Virus record (IMG/VR): IMGVR_UViG_3300045988_005640
Length of the DNA stretch: 64,000 nucleotides
Source: a virus
Lineage: Duplodnaviria; Heunggongvirae; Uroviricota; Caudoviricetes
Direction: 5' to 3' (one strand)
A program made the position numbers and the translations under genes. Positions 53,114 to 63,365 of the stretch are shown here, one piece after another; position 1 is the stretch's first letter, and each line of letters opens with the position of its first letter. The notes beneath the pieces were generated by a model that worked only from the letters and a program-made list of their open reading frames with translations, did not search any database and was not told the DNA's origin.

Positions 53114-55348
53114 ATGATTAAGACAATTAAAAAATCAAATGGTACAGTAGTAAGCTTTGACCCAGAAAGACTGAATAAGTGGGCATCATGGGCAGATAAA
53201 CGTGGAATTATCTGGTCAGAAGTCACTATGGAAGCTATGAAACGTGTCTATGAAGGTTGCACTACAAAAGAGATGCACCAAGCCATGATTGATGTTTGTG
53301 TTGATAAACAAACGCAAGAGTACTCAGATATGGCTGGACGGCTACTTCTGGGGATTATCTACAAAGAAGCCTTTGGAGGCTTTACTAAGGTTCCTACACT
53401 GATTACCTTCGTTAAAAATATGGAGAGGGCAGGACTTTGGGAGAAGATGGATTATTCACAGGAAGAACTTGAATACCTGCAAGGTTACATCGTACACTCA
53501 AAAGATATCTCTTACGGCTATGCGGTCTTGAAACAGTTCAGAGACAAGTATGGTATCCGTGATATTAAAACGGGAAGACTTTTTGAGTCACCACAATTTA
53601 TGTTTATGGGTATGGCTATGAAAGCCTTTGAGAAGCAACCAAAGCACCGTAGACTGCAAGATGTTATCAAGCTGTACACTTACCTATCTGACCTGAAGAT
53701 TAACGCTCCTACACCTTATTTAAACGGTTTAAGAGCAACTAAATCAGGTTATGCGTCATGCTGCTTGATTAAGGCAAACGATACTGCTGAATCACTTGGT
53801 ATTGCTGCAAAGGTTGCTTATGATATGACTACAAAGCAAGCTGGTATTGGTATGCTGATGGAGACACGTACTATTGGTGATGGTATCCGTCAAAATACTA
53901 TTGAGCACATGGGTAAGCTACCTTATTACAAGCTTGTACGTTCATCTGTAGAGGCAAATAAACAGAAGAGTCGTGGTGGTTCAGCTAATAACTTCTACAC
54001 TGCTCTAGACCCGCAGATTGAAGATTTACTGCGTTTGAAGCACCCTACAACGGTTCCTTCTAAACGTATTAATGAGATGGACTACTCATTCGGCACAAAC
54101 GATTATTTCTGGCAGTGTGTTCAGTATGATACAGATTGGTTGCTATTCTCTTACAAAGATGCACCAAAACTCTATGACATGTTCTACACAGCATCTGCTG
54201 ATGAGTTTGCTATGGCAGTTGGTCACGCAGTACATTCAGGAGTTAAGCACAGACGAGTCAAGGCTCGTGAAATTGCTAAGCTGTTTATTCAACAGCGTTA
54301 TGCTACAGGTCGTGTGTATCCATTCTTCACTAACAACGCAAACACACATACACCATTTAAAGAGCCTTTGAAGATGTCAAATCTTTGTATGGAAATTGTG
54401 TTGCCAGTGTACGGCTTTGAGAAAGAGACAGACCTTTACAGAGATGATGCTGTGAAAGAGGATGGTGAGGTAGCTCTTTGCTTCCTAGCTAGTTTGGTTG
54501 CAGGGAGAATTTCAGAAGATGAATACGCTGACGTTGCTTATTATGCTCTTGCAATGGTTGACTCCGTTATTGACCTTATGGATTATCCGTATCCGTCGAT
54601 GCGTAACCATGTTCAGAAGCGTCGTTCTGTTGGTATTGGCCTTACAAATGTGGCTCATTACCTTGCGAAGAACTACGTGAACTACTCTTCACGAGCAGGT
54701 AAAACGAAACTTCATGAACTGGCAGAGATGCACTCTTACTATCTGCATGAAGCCTCTCTGAGACTTGCTAAAGAGCGTGGCGTTCCAGAGTACATGAAGT
54801 TCACTAAGTATCCTGAAGGCTGGGTTCCTCCAAAGACAGCTAACAAGAAGATTGATGAAAAGCATGATGCAAAACTACGATATGATTGGGATGACTTAGC
54901 ACAACGTATCAAAGAAAATGGTGGAATCCGAAACTCTGTATTAGAAGCTTACATGCCTAATGAGAGTTCTTCACTAGCAACTAATACGACAAATGGCTTG
55001 TACCCAATTCGTGACTTTATTTTAACTAAAAAGTCTGCAACTGGTAACGTGCTGTTTATTGTTCCAGATTATGAAGAGTTGAAGTATGTATATGAAATTG
55101 CTTGGGGTATTGACACCTTTGACCTGATTGATTGTTATGCAATTGTTCAAAAGTTCACTGGTCAAGCTATCTCTTCAGATTTCTATGTTGACTATGCAAA
55201 GTCTAAGAAGGTATCATTGGCTCAAGCTTTGAAGTACATGATTTATGCTAACTCGGTAGGTATGAAAACCATGTACTACCTTAACAGTCGCATTGGTGTA
55301 GGTAAATCTGCACTGCAAGATGCTTATTGCGAGGGTTGTGGTGTTTAG
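53114..55348 (+). CDS. nrdA: ribonucleoside-diphosphate reductase large subunit (class Ia)
   Basis: 744 aa; N-terminal ATP-cone, catalytic SNLCMEI motif, C-terminal redox Cys pair (CEGCGV). Confidence 0.9.
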   Translation: MIKTIKKSNGTVVSFDPERLNKWASWADKRGIIWSEVTMEAMKRVYEGCTTKEMHQAMIDVCVDKQTQEYSDMAGRLLLGIIYKEAFGGFTKVPTLITFVKNMERAGLWEKMDYSQEELEYLQGYIVHSKDISYGYAVLKQFRDKYGIRDIKTGRLFESPQFMFMGMAMKAFEKQPKHRRLQDVIKLYTYLSDLKINAPTPYLNGLRATKSGYASCCLIKANDTAESLGIAAKVAYDMTTKQAGIGMLMETRTIGDGIRQNTIEHMGKLPYYKLVRSSVEANKQKSRGGSANNFYTALDPQIEDLLRLKHPTTVPSKRINEMDYSFGTNDYFWQCVQYDTDWLLFSYKDAPKLYDMFYTASADEFAMAVGHAVHSGVKHRRVKAREIAKLFIQQRYATGRVYPFFTNNANTHTPFKEPLKMSNLCMEIVLPVYGFEKETDLYRDDAVKEDGEVALCFLASLVAGRISEDEYADVAYYALAMVDSVIDLMDYPYPSMRNHVQKRRSVGIGLTNVAHYLAKNYVNYSSRAGKTKLHELAEMHSYYLHEASLRLAKERGVPEYMKFTKYPEGWVPPKTANKKIDEKHDAKLRYDWDDLAQRIKENGGIRNSVLEAYMPNESSSLATNTTNGLYPIRDFILTKKSATGNVLFIVPDYEELKYVYEIAWGIDTFDLIDCYAIVQKFTGQAISSDFYVDYAKSKKVSLAQALKYMIYANSVGMKTMYYLNSRIGVGKSALQDAYCEGCGV

Positions 55349-55661
55349 TTTTAACAACTATGAGGGTCGTAAAAGACCCTCTAAAAATAACTTTGGAGAG
55401 ACCATGAAAGATTTAATAGAAAAACATGAGCGACCAATATACTTGCTCTACAAACCCCGCAAAACATTGTACTATGTGAGCAGCACAGGTATCATGATAA
55501 AGCAGAATGATGACTTATGGGTCACCGGAGCCTCTTACATCTCTACAGCAGATGGTAAAATCTACGCAAGACCTTATGAAATGTTTAACAAAGAAAATTG
55601 GGAAGTTTTAGACAGAAAACAAGCCTTAGAAATGATAAAGAAAGGAGAAATCACGCTATGA
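55320..55661 (+). CDS. hypothetical small protein between nrdA and nrdB (probable start ATG 55404)
   Basis: RBS GGAGAG before MKDLIEK; stop overlaps the nrdB start (ATGA at 55658). Confidence 0.35.
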   Translation: MLIARVVVFSFNNYEGRKRPSKNNFGETMKDLIEKHERPIYLLYKPRKTLYYVSSTGIMIKQNDDLWVTGASYISTADGKIYARPYEMFNKENWEVLDRKQALEMIKKGEITL

Positions 55662-56731
55662 TTAACCAGCACCCAATCTTTTTAGGTGGTGAGAGAAAAA
55701 CTTTTGACTCACTCAATAAGCACTACCCAAAAATCTTTGAACTTTATAAACAACAAAAAGCACAAGACTGGTCAGAAGATGAGTTCCCTTTTGAACAATC
55801 ACGTCTTGATTTTGAGAGTGTCCCAGCATCAATGTCAGGTGTAATGCTTGAGATTCTTAAGTGGCAATGGGAAGCAGACACCCAAGTTGCTAAGAGCTTG
55901 GCATTTGCCTTTGCACCTTTCATCTCTGATGACATTTATGCGACTGCAATTATGAAGCAGTCTGAGATTGAAAACCTACATGCTCTTACTTACTCAGAGA
56001 TTGTAAGGCAATGTATTAAAAACCCTGAAACAATCTTAGATGAGATTAACCAGAATGTTGCTGTGCAAGACCGATTAAAAACTGTGAATCGTGTTCTTGA
56101 AGAATTACTGGATGAAGGCATAAACTATCGTCTCAGTTATGTGCGTGACTCACTTCTGGACAAAGACCCATTACACTTCCATAAAGTGATTCTAAAAGGT
56201 CTATTTGCAGTGACTGCACTTGAAGGTATTTCCTTCATGGCATCCTTTGCATGTACCTTTGCACTTGATGCTCAGGATAAATTTCAGGGTATTGCTCAAG
56301 CTGTCCAGAAAATTATGCTTGATGAAATCCTTCACACCAAGATTGATATTGAAGTTTTAAAAGAAACTTTAAGAGATGATGAGTGGCAGAAAGCTTTTCA
56401 ACAAATTCTTCCAGAGATTAAAGTAATCTTAGATGAAGTAGTTGAAAGTGAAGAGAAATGGTCGTATTATATCTTCTCCGAAGGACGTGCTGTAGTTGGC
56501 TTAAATACAAAACTTCTTCATGAGTGGGTTTACTATAATGCTGCCCCACTGTATGATATGTTTGGCATTCCCAGAGATTTTGTAGCTCCTAAAGAACCAC
56601 CTTTGAAGTATATGATTAAGAAGATGGAAATTGATAAAGAGCAGAATGCTAATCAGGAGCAACAGAACGGTGCGTACCTGTTGAATACTGTTGTAGATGA
56701 TTTGAATAGTGGATTTTTAGAGGTTCCTTAA
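55598..56731 (+). CDS. nrdB: ribonucleoside-diphosphate reductase small subunit
   Basis: Position directly after nrdA and size of a class I small subunit; probable true start ATG 55658 (MINQHPIF), about 357 aa. Confidence 0.8.
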   Translation: MGSFRQKTSLRNDKERRNHAMINQHPIFLGGERKTFDSLNKHYPKIFELYKQQKAQDWSEDEFPFEQSRLDFESVPASMSGVMLEILKWQWEADTQVAKSLAFAFAPFISDDIYATAIMKQSEIENLHALTYSEIVRQCIKNPETILDEINQNVAVQDRLKTVNRVLEELLDEGINYRLSYVRDSLLDKDPLHFHKVILKGLFAVTALEGISFMASFACTFALDAQDKFQGIAQAVQKIMLDEILHTKIDIEVLKETLRDDEWQKAFQQILPEIKVILDEVVESEEKWSYYIFSEGRAVVGLNTKLLHEWVYYNAAPLYDMFGIPRDFVAPKEPPLKYMIKKMEIDKEQNANQEQQNGAYLLNTVVDDLNSGFLEVP

Positions 56732-56973
56732 TGACTTATGTGATTTACTCCAAAACTGGATGCCCTCAGTGTGAGACTGCAAAGAATTTTGCAAAAGCTC
56801 GTGGTATTGACCATGTTGTGAGAATGTTAGGGCAGGACTATGAACTGTCAGACCTGATGGATATTGCACAGATGCCAGTTCGTCAGATGCCATTCATCAT
56901 GAAAACTGATGGACAAAACCTAAAACCTGTTGGGACGCTACAGAATTTTATGGCAGAGGTGAATAATGCTTAA
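56731..56973 (+). CDS. glutaredoxin-like protein (NrdH/NrdC-type)
   Basis: 80 aa; CPQC active-site motif near the N-terminus; coupled to nrdB. Confidence 0.65.
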   Translation: MTYVIYSKTGCPQCETAKNFAKARGIDHVVRMLGQDYELSDLMDIAQMPVRQMPFIMKTDGQNLKPVGTLQNFMAEVNNA

Positions 56974-57172
56974 ACGCATTTGGGAAGGTTTGGTTGTCGA
57001 TGCACCAGCTATTGTGATTGGTATGCTGATTGTTAACCTATTTACTGATTTTGAACAAGGTTCATTGTTTGGGGCCATGTTACTATGGGTTATCTTTGAA
57101 ATATTAGAGATACAGCTAGGCATCACTGAAAAACTGAGAAAACTCGTTTCTAAGTTTTCTAAAAAGATTTAA
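56966..57172 (+). CDS. hypothetical small membrane protein
   Basis: 68-aa hydrophobic ORF. Confidence 0.35.
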   Translation: MLKRIWEGLVVDAPAIVIGMLIVNLFTDFEQGSLFGAMLLWVIFEILEIQLGITEKLRKLVSKFSKKI

Positions 57173-57180
57173 AATGAAAG

Positions 57181-57201
57181 GGTCTCTTCGGAGACCTTTT
57201 T
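57181..57201 (+). terminator. rho-independent terminator
   Basis: Stem GGTCTC/GAGACC, loop TTCG, then TTTTT. Confidence 0.7.
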
Positions 57202-57220
57202 AGCATGTAAAGGGGCAATA

Positions 57221-59365
57221 ATGAACAAAGTACAGATTATTAAAAAGAATGGCTCACTTGAAGAACCTGATATCAAAAAAGTTTTAGCAGCAGTCACAAA
57301 GTCAGCTAACAGAGTTGGTTATAAAGAGCTTCCACCAGATGTTACTCAAGCTCTTGAGTCAGCATTTATGAGGATTCTGGTAAAGTCCACTAAGCAGAAT
57401 AATTTGCTAATTTCGGTAAATGATATTCACAGTATTGTTGAGGGTGCTTTGGCAGAAGTCAATCACGAGATTTATGAGTCTTACTCAACATATAGAAATT
57501 ACCGTAAAGAGGTTGCTCAAAATTGGGATGAACTCTACCAGAAGACTAAAGATACACTCTTCTTAGGTGACCGTGAAAATGCTAACTTTGACAGCAGTTT
57601 AATTTCTACGAAAGGTTCAATTATCCGTGGTTACCTGACTAAAGAAATCTTTAAACAGTATCATCTAACACCAGAGGAACTTGAAGCCATTGAGAAAGGC
57701 TTTATCTATATCCATGATTTAAGAGACCTGATTTTTGGTGGTATTAACTGTTGCCTGTTTGACATTGGTAAAGTCCTGAAAGGTGGCTTTGAAATGTCCG
57801 GCATTGAGTACTGTGAACCTAAATCTGTACTGTCAGCGTTGCAGGTTATTGGTGACGTAGTACTTTCAGCAACTGCACAGCAATTTGGTGGTTTTACTTT
57901 AGCAGAGATTGATAAGGTACTTGTACCGTATGCTAAGAAGTCTCTACGCTATCATGCTGAGAAAGCATCATCTTATGGTATTCCTAAAGAGCATTACCAC
58001 AATTATGTAATGGAGCAGTTACAAATTGAATTAACTCAAGGTTTTCAGTCACTTGAAATGAAACTGAACACTGTACCTTGTAGCCGTGGTGATTTCGCAT
58101 TCACAACTTTAACATTTGGTTTACTTGACTCAGACATGTCTAATGAAGACAACCGGCTACAATACATGATTGCAAACACCATTCTTGATGTTCGCATGAA
58201 TGGACAAGGTAAGAGTAAGAAGCCTGTTGTATTCCCTAAACTGGTTTATATTCATGACCAGAAGAGACACGATGAGAATATCTGTCAAGGCCAACTGTAC
58301 AGTAAAGCTATTGAGTGTTGCTCTAAAGCAATGTATCCAGATTTCTTAAGCGTATCTGGTCATGGTGCTGTAGCAGAGGCTTTTGAGCGTTCTGGCAAGG
58401 TAATTTCACCGATGGGTTGCAGAGCTTTCTTATCCCCATATCTTAACGAGAATGGAGAAGAGTTCTACGTTGGTCGTGCTAACATTGGTGCTGTGTCTTT
58501 GAACTTACCAATGATTTACCAGTATTCTAAAGAGAATGGTTTAGATTTCTGGAAAGAGCTTGACAAGTACCTAGAGATGATTCGCAGCTTCCACAAGAAA
58601 CGCTACGAAATGATTGCTAATATGCCAGCAAGCTCTAATCCTCTTGCATTCACACAAGGTGGTCTGTACAAAGGGACCAAGAAACCTACTGACAAGGTTG
58701 GTTGGGATATCGTGAAGTCTTTCACAGCTTCTTTTGGGGTTACTGCGCTTGATGAGTTATCTGTTCTTGCTGAAGGTAAACGGCTGCATGAAGTTGGGAG
58801 CTATAGTTTTGCATACGATGTTCTGGCATACATTAACATGAAAACTGAAGAGTTTAAAAATGAAGATGGCTTCTTATATGCTGTCTATGGTACTCCAGCA
58901 GAATCACTTTGTGGAACTCAGCTAAAACAGTTCAGAGAAATGTTTGGTGTTATCAAAGGTGTTTCTGACAAGGAATACTTTACAAACAGTTTCCATATGA
59001 ATGTTGCAGCAGACATCTCACCATTTGAGAAGCAGGACTTAGAAGAGCCATTCTTCCATATCTGTAGAGGTGGCAGAATCCAGTATGTCAGGGTAGCTAA
59101 CCCAGAAAACTTACCAGCACTTAAAAGCTGTATTACCAGAGGGATGTTGAAAGGTTTCTATCAGGGACTTAACTTTGACTTAGCAATCTGTGAACATTGT
59201 GGTAACAGACCAAAATCAGATGTTGAAGAGTGTGAAGTTTGTCACTCACATGATATCTCTGTGATTAACAGGGTGTGTGGTTATCTTGGATGGACTAAGA
59301 TTAAAGGTGAATCACGAATGAATGATGCAAAAATCGCTGAGATTCGTGACAGAGTTTCTATGTAA
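57221..59365 (+). CDS. nrdD: anaerobic ribonucleoside-triphosphate reductase (class III)
   Basis: 714 aa; C-terminal zinc site (CEHCGN..CEVCH) and glycyl-radical motif (RVCGYLG). Confidence 0.9.
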   Translation: MNKVQIIKKNGSLEEPDIKKVLAAVTKSANRVGYKELPPDVTQALESAFMRILVKSTKQNNLLISVNDIHSIVEGALAEVNHEIYESYSTYRNYRKEVAQNWDELYQKTKDTLFLGDRENANFDSSLISTKGSIIRGYLTKEIFKQYHLTPEELEAIEKGFIYIHDLRDLIFGGINCCLFDIGKVLKGGFEMSGIEYCEPKSVLSALQVIGDVVLSATAQQFGGFTLAEIDKVLVPYAKKSLRYHAEKASSYGIPKEHYHNYVMEQLQIELTQGFQSLEMKLNTVPCSRGDFAFTTLTFGLLDSDMSNEDNRLQYMIANTILDVRMNGQGKSKKPVVFPKLVYIHDQKRHDENICQGQLYSKAIECCSKAMYPDFLSVSGHGAVAEAFERSGKVISPMGCRAFLSPYLNENGEEFYVGRANIGAVSLNLPMIYQYSKENGLDFWKELDKYLEMIRSFHKKRYEMIANMPASSNPLAFTQGGLYKGTKKPTDKVGWDIVKSFTASFGVTALDELSVLAEGKRLHEVGSYSFAYDVLAYINMKTEEFKNEDGFLYAVYGTPAESLCGTQLKQFREMFGVIKGVSDKEYFTNSFHMNVAADISPFEKQDLEEPFFHICRGGRIQYVRVANPENLPALKSCITRGMLKGFYQGLNFDLAICEHCGNRPKSDVEECEVCHSHDISVINRVCGYLGWTKIKGESRMNDAKIAEIRDRVSM

Positions 59366-59375
59366 AACTTGACAT

Positions 59376-59415
59376 GGTGGTGTGAGTCTTGATAGGCTTA
59401 CATCACCTTTTTTAT
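59376..59415 (+). terminator. rho-independent terminator after nrdD
   Basis: 13-bp stem GGTGGTGTGAGTC / GGCTTACATCACC (with G.U pairs), loop TTGATA, then TTTTTTAT. Confidence 0.6.
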
Positions 59416-59519
59416 TGGATGTTAGATATGGCAGAGAGTATTATTGGGTTGTTCATAGGTTCTGTCTTACTAGGGTTCTTTTTAGGACTCTCTTATTGTG
59501 AATTAAGAGGCAAGTTAAA

Positions 59520-59720
59520 ATGTTTAAAATATCAAAAGCGTTGATATACATTCTCCACATTCTAATCTTCTTCTTTGGGGTTAGTGTTATGGTATGGGGT
59601 TTTTCAGACCCACAATGGAGTTTCGCATATCAGGGTCAGATGGATTTATGGTCATGCTTCAAACCATTTTTAGGGTTAGTCATAGCATTCAGTGCATTGC
59701 CAACTAAGGTGAAATTATGA
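59520..59720 (+). CDS. hypothetical small membrane protein
   Basis: 66 aa, two hydrophobic segments. Confidence 0.4.
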   Translation: MFKISKALIYILHILIFFFGVSVMVWGFSDPQWSFAYQGQMDLWSCFKPFLGLVIAFSALPTKVKL

Positions 59721-60112
59721 TTAAGTTGAACAAAAAACAGTTAGAGTGGATTAAAGATTATGCCTCAGAGTGTGGCTCTTGCGAAAAGAATCACGTAAGA
59801 TATTCAACATTCCATACGACCTTCACATTGTACCTCAGCGACAACGTTCTAAGTGATTCCGTAGAAGATGGTGTAGCGTTACCTAATGAATTGCTTGACA
59901 AATTAGCTGTAGTCTCTGGAACTTGGTCTGAAGAAGACGGTCATGAATTATCTAACGATGTTGTCTTCTACACTCTTGAAAACATTATGAATCCAGAGTA
60001 CATTATACTAATGACTTGTGCACAAGATTGTGTGCCATTACAAAACTTCATTAAAGAACACTGCGAAGAATTTATTACTAAACAGGTTCCTTGTCAGGTG
60101 GTGTTTGAATGA
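59717..60112 (+). CDS. hypothetical protein
   Basis: 131-aa ORF, ATGA coupling. Confidence 0.45.
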   Translation: MIKLNKKQLEWIKDYASECGSCEKNHVRYSTFHTTFTLYLSDNVLSDSVEDGVALPNELLDKLAVVSGTWSEEDGHELSNDVVFYTLENIMNPEYIILMTCAQDCVPLQNFIKEHCEEFITKQVPCQVVFE

Positions 60113-60408
60113 GTAAAACAATTCGAAGAAAAGGTTTAAAGAACGTTCATGGACTCTATGAGTGGAGAAATGAGGTACGTAACAGAGAAAATGCTTCAGA
60201 TGTCTACTTCCATTCTGATATGATGTCCAGAAAAGGTGGCTCTTACGACTTCACAAGCCAGCCTTGTAGAGAGATTAAGAAGGCCACTAAACGTCTTACA
60301 AGAACACAAATAAGGCAGCTTTCTAAGACATCCTTCTTAGATGAAGATTTTGATATTGATAGCAAGTCTCCAAAGAAAGCCGCTAAGAACACTTATATGT
60401 ATTGGTGA
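60109..60408 (+). CDS. hypothetical protein
   Basis: 99-aa ORF, ATGA coupling. Confidence 0.45.
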   Translation: MSKTIRRKGLKNVHGLYEWRNEVRNRENASDVYFHSDMMSRKGGSYDFTSQPCREIKKATKRLTRTQIRQLSKTSFLDEDFDIDSKSPKKAAKNTYMYW

Positions 60409-60417
60409 GGTAACTAG

Positions 60418-60903
60418 ATGAATTACATGGAGATTCGACCATTTGACACAGCTAATGGTGAAGGGGTTCGTGTAAGCCTCTTCGTAGCTGGTTGTAAGCA
60501 TCACTGTGAAGGTTGCTTTAATAAGGAATCTTGGAAGTTTAATGCTGGTAAAGAGTTCACTTATGCAAACCTTTATGGCATCATTAAGTTAATGGATGAT
60601 AATGCCATCAGTGGGCTGTCAATACTTGGTGGAGAACCTCTGGATGATAGAAACATTCAAGAGGTTACCAACATATGCAAACGTATTAAAACCGTTTACC
60701 CAGAAAAATCTATCTGGCTCTGGACAGGTTTTCAGTTACATGAAAAAATTCACCTTGATGTGATGAAATATGTTGACGTGGTGATTGATGGTAAGTATGA
60801 TTCATCTAAACCAACAGTTAAACCGTATCGTGGTTCAGATAACCAAAACCTCTGGAGAAAAGAGTACGGATGGCAAGGTGATTGTCAGTGGAGAGCAGAG
60901 TGA
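60418..60903 (+). CDS. nrdG: anaerobic ribonucleotide reductase activating protein (radical SAM)
   Basis: 161 aa; N-terminal CKHHCEGC cluster typical of NrdG activases. Confidence 0.8.
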   Translation: MNYMEIRPFDTANGEGVRVSLFVAGCKHHCEGCFNKESWKFNAGKEFTYANLYGIIKLMDDNAISGLSILGGEPLDDRNIQEVTNICKRIKTVYPEKSIWLWTGFQLHEKIHLDVMKYVDVVIDGKYDSSKPTVKPYRGSDNQNLWRKEYGWQGDCQWRAE

Positions 60904-60999
60904 TTATTCTGGCAAATGGACTAAGGTATAACTCCAATTGGTATCACTGAAGAAGAACTTCATAAGTTCTGTATTAAACTTTAATGAGAGAGACTAAAA

Positions 61000-61266
61000 A
61001 TGGGAATTTTAGGTAATATGAAAGCTGGATTCTTGAAGGCACTGGAAAAAGCAGCAGCAATTGTTTCTATGACTGGAAAGCAGGTCGGTGTAGATGCTTC
61101 AGCGGTTGCACAGGTTCTTGCAAGCCAAATTGAACAGCAGCCTTACATCTACGTAGGACGTGGTAAAGGTGGTAAGAAACAAGCCCACCGCCAATCTGGT
61201 GCAGCAGCTATTAAACGAGCAGCTAAGAAAGCTCGTAACCGTAAACGTAACAAGAAGGTTAAATAA
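61000..61266 (+). CDS. hypothetical protein with highly basic C-terminus
   Basis: 88 aa ending AAKKARNRKRNKKVK. Confidence 0.45.
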   Translation: MGILGNMKAGFLKALEKAAAIVSMTGKQVGVDASAVAQVLASQIEQQPYIYVGRGKGGKKQAHRQSGAAAIKRAAKKARNRKRNKKVK

Positions 61267-61268
61267 CC

Positions 61269-61589
61269 ATGAGCAAAGTTTATAACACTCGTAAATTACA
61301 GATTTTCGTACTGTGCCAGTTTATGGCTAAAGAATACAACTTCTACTATTGTGGTACAGGTTTTATTAGCGATGATGATGGCTCATACCTCCCATTCAAA
61401 GAAGCTGTAAAACTCTTTAATGAAGAGAAAAGCTCTAAGAAAGATATTGAAAAGGTTAAGCTAACCTACAGCAAGAAAGATAAGAAGATTATCTGCCTAG
61501 ATAACTTTGTGAAAGTTACTGGAGAAGCAAAAGAGTTTATGGATGAGAGTGATATTTCATTCACAAGCATCTTGAAAGTAGCTCAGTAA
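61269..61589 (+). CDS. hypothetical protein
   Basis: 106-aa ORF. Confidence 0.45.
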   Translation: MSKVYNTRKLQIFVLCQFMAKEYNFYYCGTGFISDDDGSYLPFKEAVKLFNEEKSSKKDIEKVKLTYSKKDKKIICLDNFVKVTGEAKEFMDESDISFTSILKVAQ

Positions 61590-61602
61590 ACAGATACTAT
61601 AA

Positions 61603-61626
61603 GGGGACTGTAAAGGTTCCCTTTTT
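61603..61626 (+). terminator. rho-independent terminator
   Basis: Stem GGGGAC/GTTCCC, then TTTTT. Confidence 0.5.
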
Positions 61627-61640
61627 ATTTTGGAGGTAAA

Positions 61641-62156
61641 ATGTATCTGTCAAACCTGAAACGTTCGGTTGCAATGTCAGTTCTAAGACTCAGCTTTGAT
61701 GAGCGTCAAGAGTTTATAGACTCCCACAAATATGACCCTTCAAATTCTAATCACATGGTTCTTTGGAATCGTGATAACTTCCGTGAAAGAGCACTTGTCC
61801 GTTATTACCCACACTACACAATAGATAACCTGTATGAATGGTGTGTTGTGAAGAACACCATTGCAACACTGAACAATCTTTGCAGGTATACGGGTAAGCA
61901 AACATTTACATTAGGTCATCACAAACCTGTTACAAAAGGTGGTGAACATCACTGTGCAAACTGGTTTATCCAAACTAAAACTGATAACCAGAAGCAAGGA
62001 GATAGCCTCCTAAGTATCCCTAAGATGACCTATGAAGAGCAAGAGAAATATATCAAAAATAATATGCCAGATGTGCTTGACAACAACTATACAGATTTGG
62101 CAATATCTCTCCTGTTGAAGTTCGAGACAGTTTATAGGGCAACTTATAATGGCTAA
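61641..62156 (+). CDS. HNH endonuclease
   Basis: 171 aa; H-N-H motif LGHHKPVTKGGEHHCANWFIQTKTDNQKQGD. Confidence 0.75.
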   Translation: MYLSNLKRSVAMSVLRLSFDERQEFIDSHKYDPSNSNHMVLWNRDNFRERALVRYYPHYTIDNLYEWCVVKNTIATLNNLCRYTGKQTFTLGHHKPVTKGGEHHCANWFIQTKTDNQKQGDSLLSIPKMTYEEQEKYIKNNMPDVLDNNYTDLAISLLLKFETVYRATYNG

Positions 62157-62427
62157 AGAAAAGTGGGAGATTTTACCATTAGTCAGTGAAGGAGGTAATG
62201 GTTGTGAAATGTACATGATACGTGGTCATGTTCCAGAGCCAATTGCACTTGAGATGGTAAACAACTTTACAGATGGTTCTTACAAAGACTTAGGCGAACC
62301 AACTGTCAAGCAACAATGGGTTAAACCTGTACCAGACAGCACAGGTAACTGTAGTGTACTTTATCACGTTGTAGACCCTGCAAAATGCAAATCTGCAATG
62401 GCAGTAACAAACGTAACTTTTGATTGA
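62149..62427 (+). CDS. hypothetical protein
   Basis: 92-aa ORF. Confidence 0.45.
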   Translation: MAKEKWEILPLVSEGGNGCEMYMIRGHVPEPIALEMVNNFTDGSYKDLGEPTVKQQWVKPVPDSTGNCSVLYHVVDPAKCKSAMAVTNVTFD

Positions 62428-63320
62428 GAGAGAAAACTATGAAAACATCTATCCGTGTTACAGTTCATTCACCAACTAAAGGAACTCATGAAGAAGAGTT
62501 TAACATCATCCAATTTCCTTCTGGTGAGATTGGTGGACACTTTTCTCCAGAGTTTGTTGATTTCACTGCTTATGCAGCATCATCCATCAACAATGTGATT
62601 ATGATTGTAAAAGGTTATGATAAGGATACATTGTTTGCTGTGGCACTTGCTAAAGAAGCAATTGATGATTTAATTCCTCATGATTATGCTTTAAAGACTG
62701 TCATCTTTTACTACTTACCAAATGCACGTTATGACCGTCACATGTTTAAAGGCGACGCAGCAGCTTTAAAGGTTTTTGCTAAACAGGTAAATGCAATGGG
62801 ATTTGGTGCAGTCTGTGCAGTTGACCCTCACAGTTACGTTCCAGATAACCTGTTTAACTGCTTCCAGAGTATTCCTCAAAAGGAGATTGCAGTTCACTAC
62901 GCAAATGACCCACTGATTGATTACTTAGTAGCCCCAGATGCAGGTGCTGCTAAGAAGATTGCAGAGACTGCTAAAGAGGTGGATAAACCATACATCACAA
63001 TGTCTAAGGTGCGTAACCTTAAGACTGGTGAAATTACTGGTATGCGAATCCTTGACGATGTTGATTTGACAGATAAAACTGTCATGATTCTGGATGATAT
63101 TTGTGATGGAGGTCGAACCTTCATAGAAGCAGCCAAACATCTTCGTGAAGCAGGTGCAAAACGTGTGGAACTCTATGTAACTCATGGTATTTTCTCTAAA
63201 GATGTTGAAAACTTGCTTGACAATGGTATTGACCATATCTACACTACAAACTCTTTAGGGGAAGCTAAAGACCGTGGCTTAACACATTATAGCCAAGTTA
63301 CTGTAGCAAACCTTGATTAA
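62424..63320 (+). CDS. prs: ribose-phosphate pyrophosphokinase (PRPP synthetase)
   Basis: 298 aa; DPHS motif and PRPP-binding loop ILDDICDGGRT. Confidence 0.85.
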   Translation: MREKTMKTSIRVTVHSPTKGTHEEEFNIIQFPSGEIGGHFSPEFVDFTAYAASSINNVIMIVKGYDKDTLFAVALAKEAIDDLIPHDYALKTVIFYYLPNARYDRHMFKGDAAALKVFAKQVNAMGFGAVCAVDPHSYVPDNLFNCFQSIPQKEIAVHYANDPLIDYLVAPDAGAAKKIAETAKEVDKPYITMSKVRNLKTGEITGMRILDDVDLTDKTVMILDDICDGGRTFIEAAKHLREAGAKRVELYVTHGIFSKDVENLLDNGIDHIYTTNSLGEAKDRGLTHYSQVTVANLD

Positions 63321-63329
63321 AACTTTATA

Positions 63330-63350
63330 GGGGCTTCCAAGCCCCATTTT
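63330..63350 (+). terminator. rho-independent terminator (moderate)
   Basis: Stem GGGGC/GCCCC, loop TTCCAA, then ATTTT. Confidence 0.5.
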
Positions 63351-63365
63351 GAGAGAGATTAAAAG

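Noticed and set aside
40842-59365. Group I or II introns or inteins in DNA polymerase, nrdA, nrdB or nrdD
   Set aside because: All four reading frames are continuous with conserved motifs in the expected order and normal lengths.
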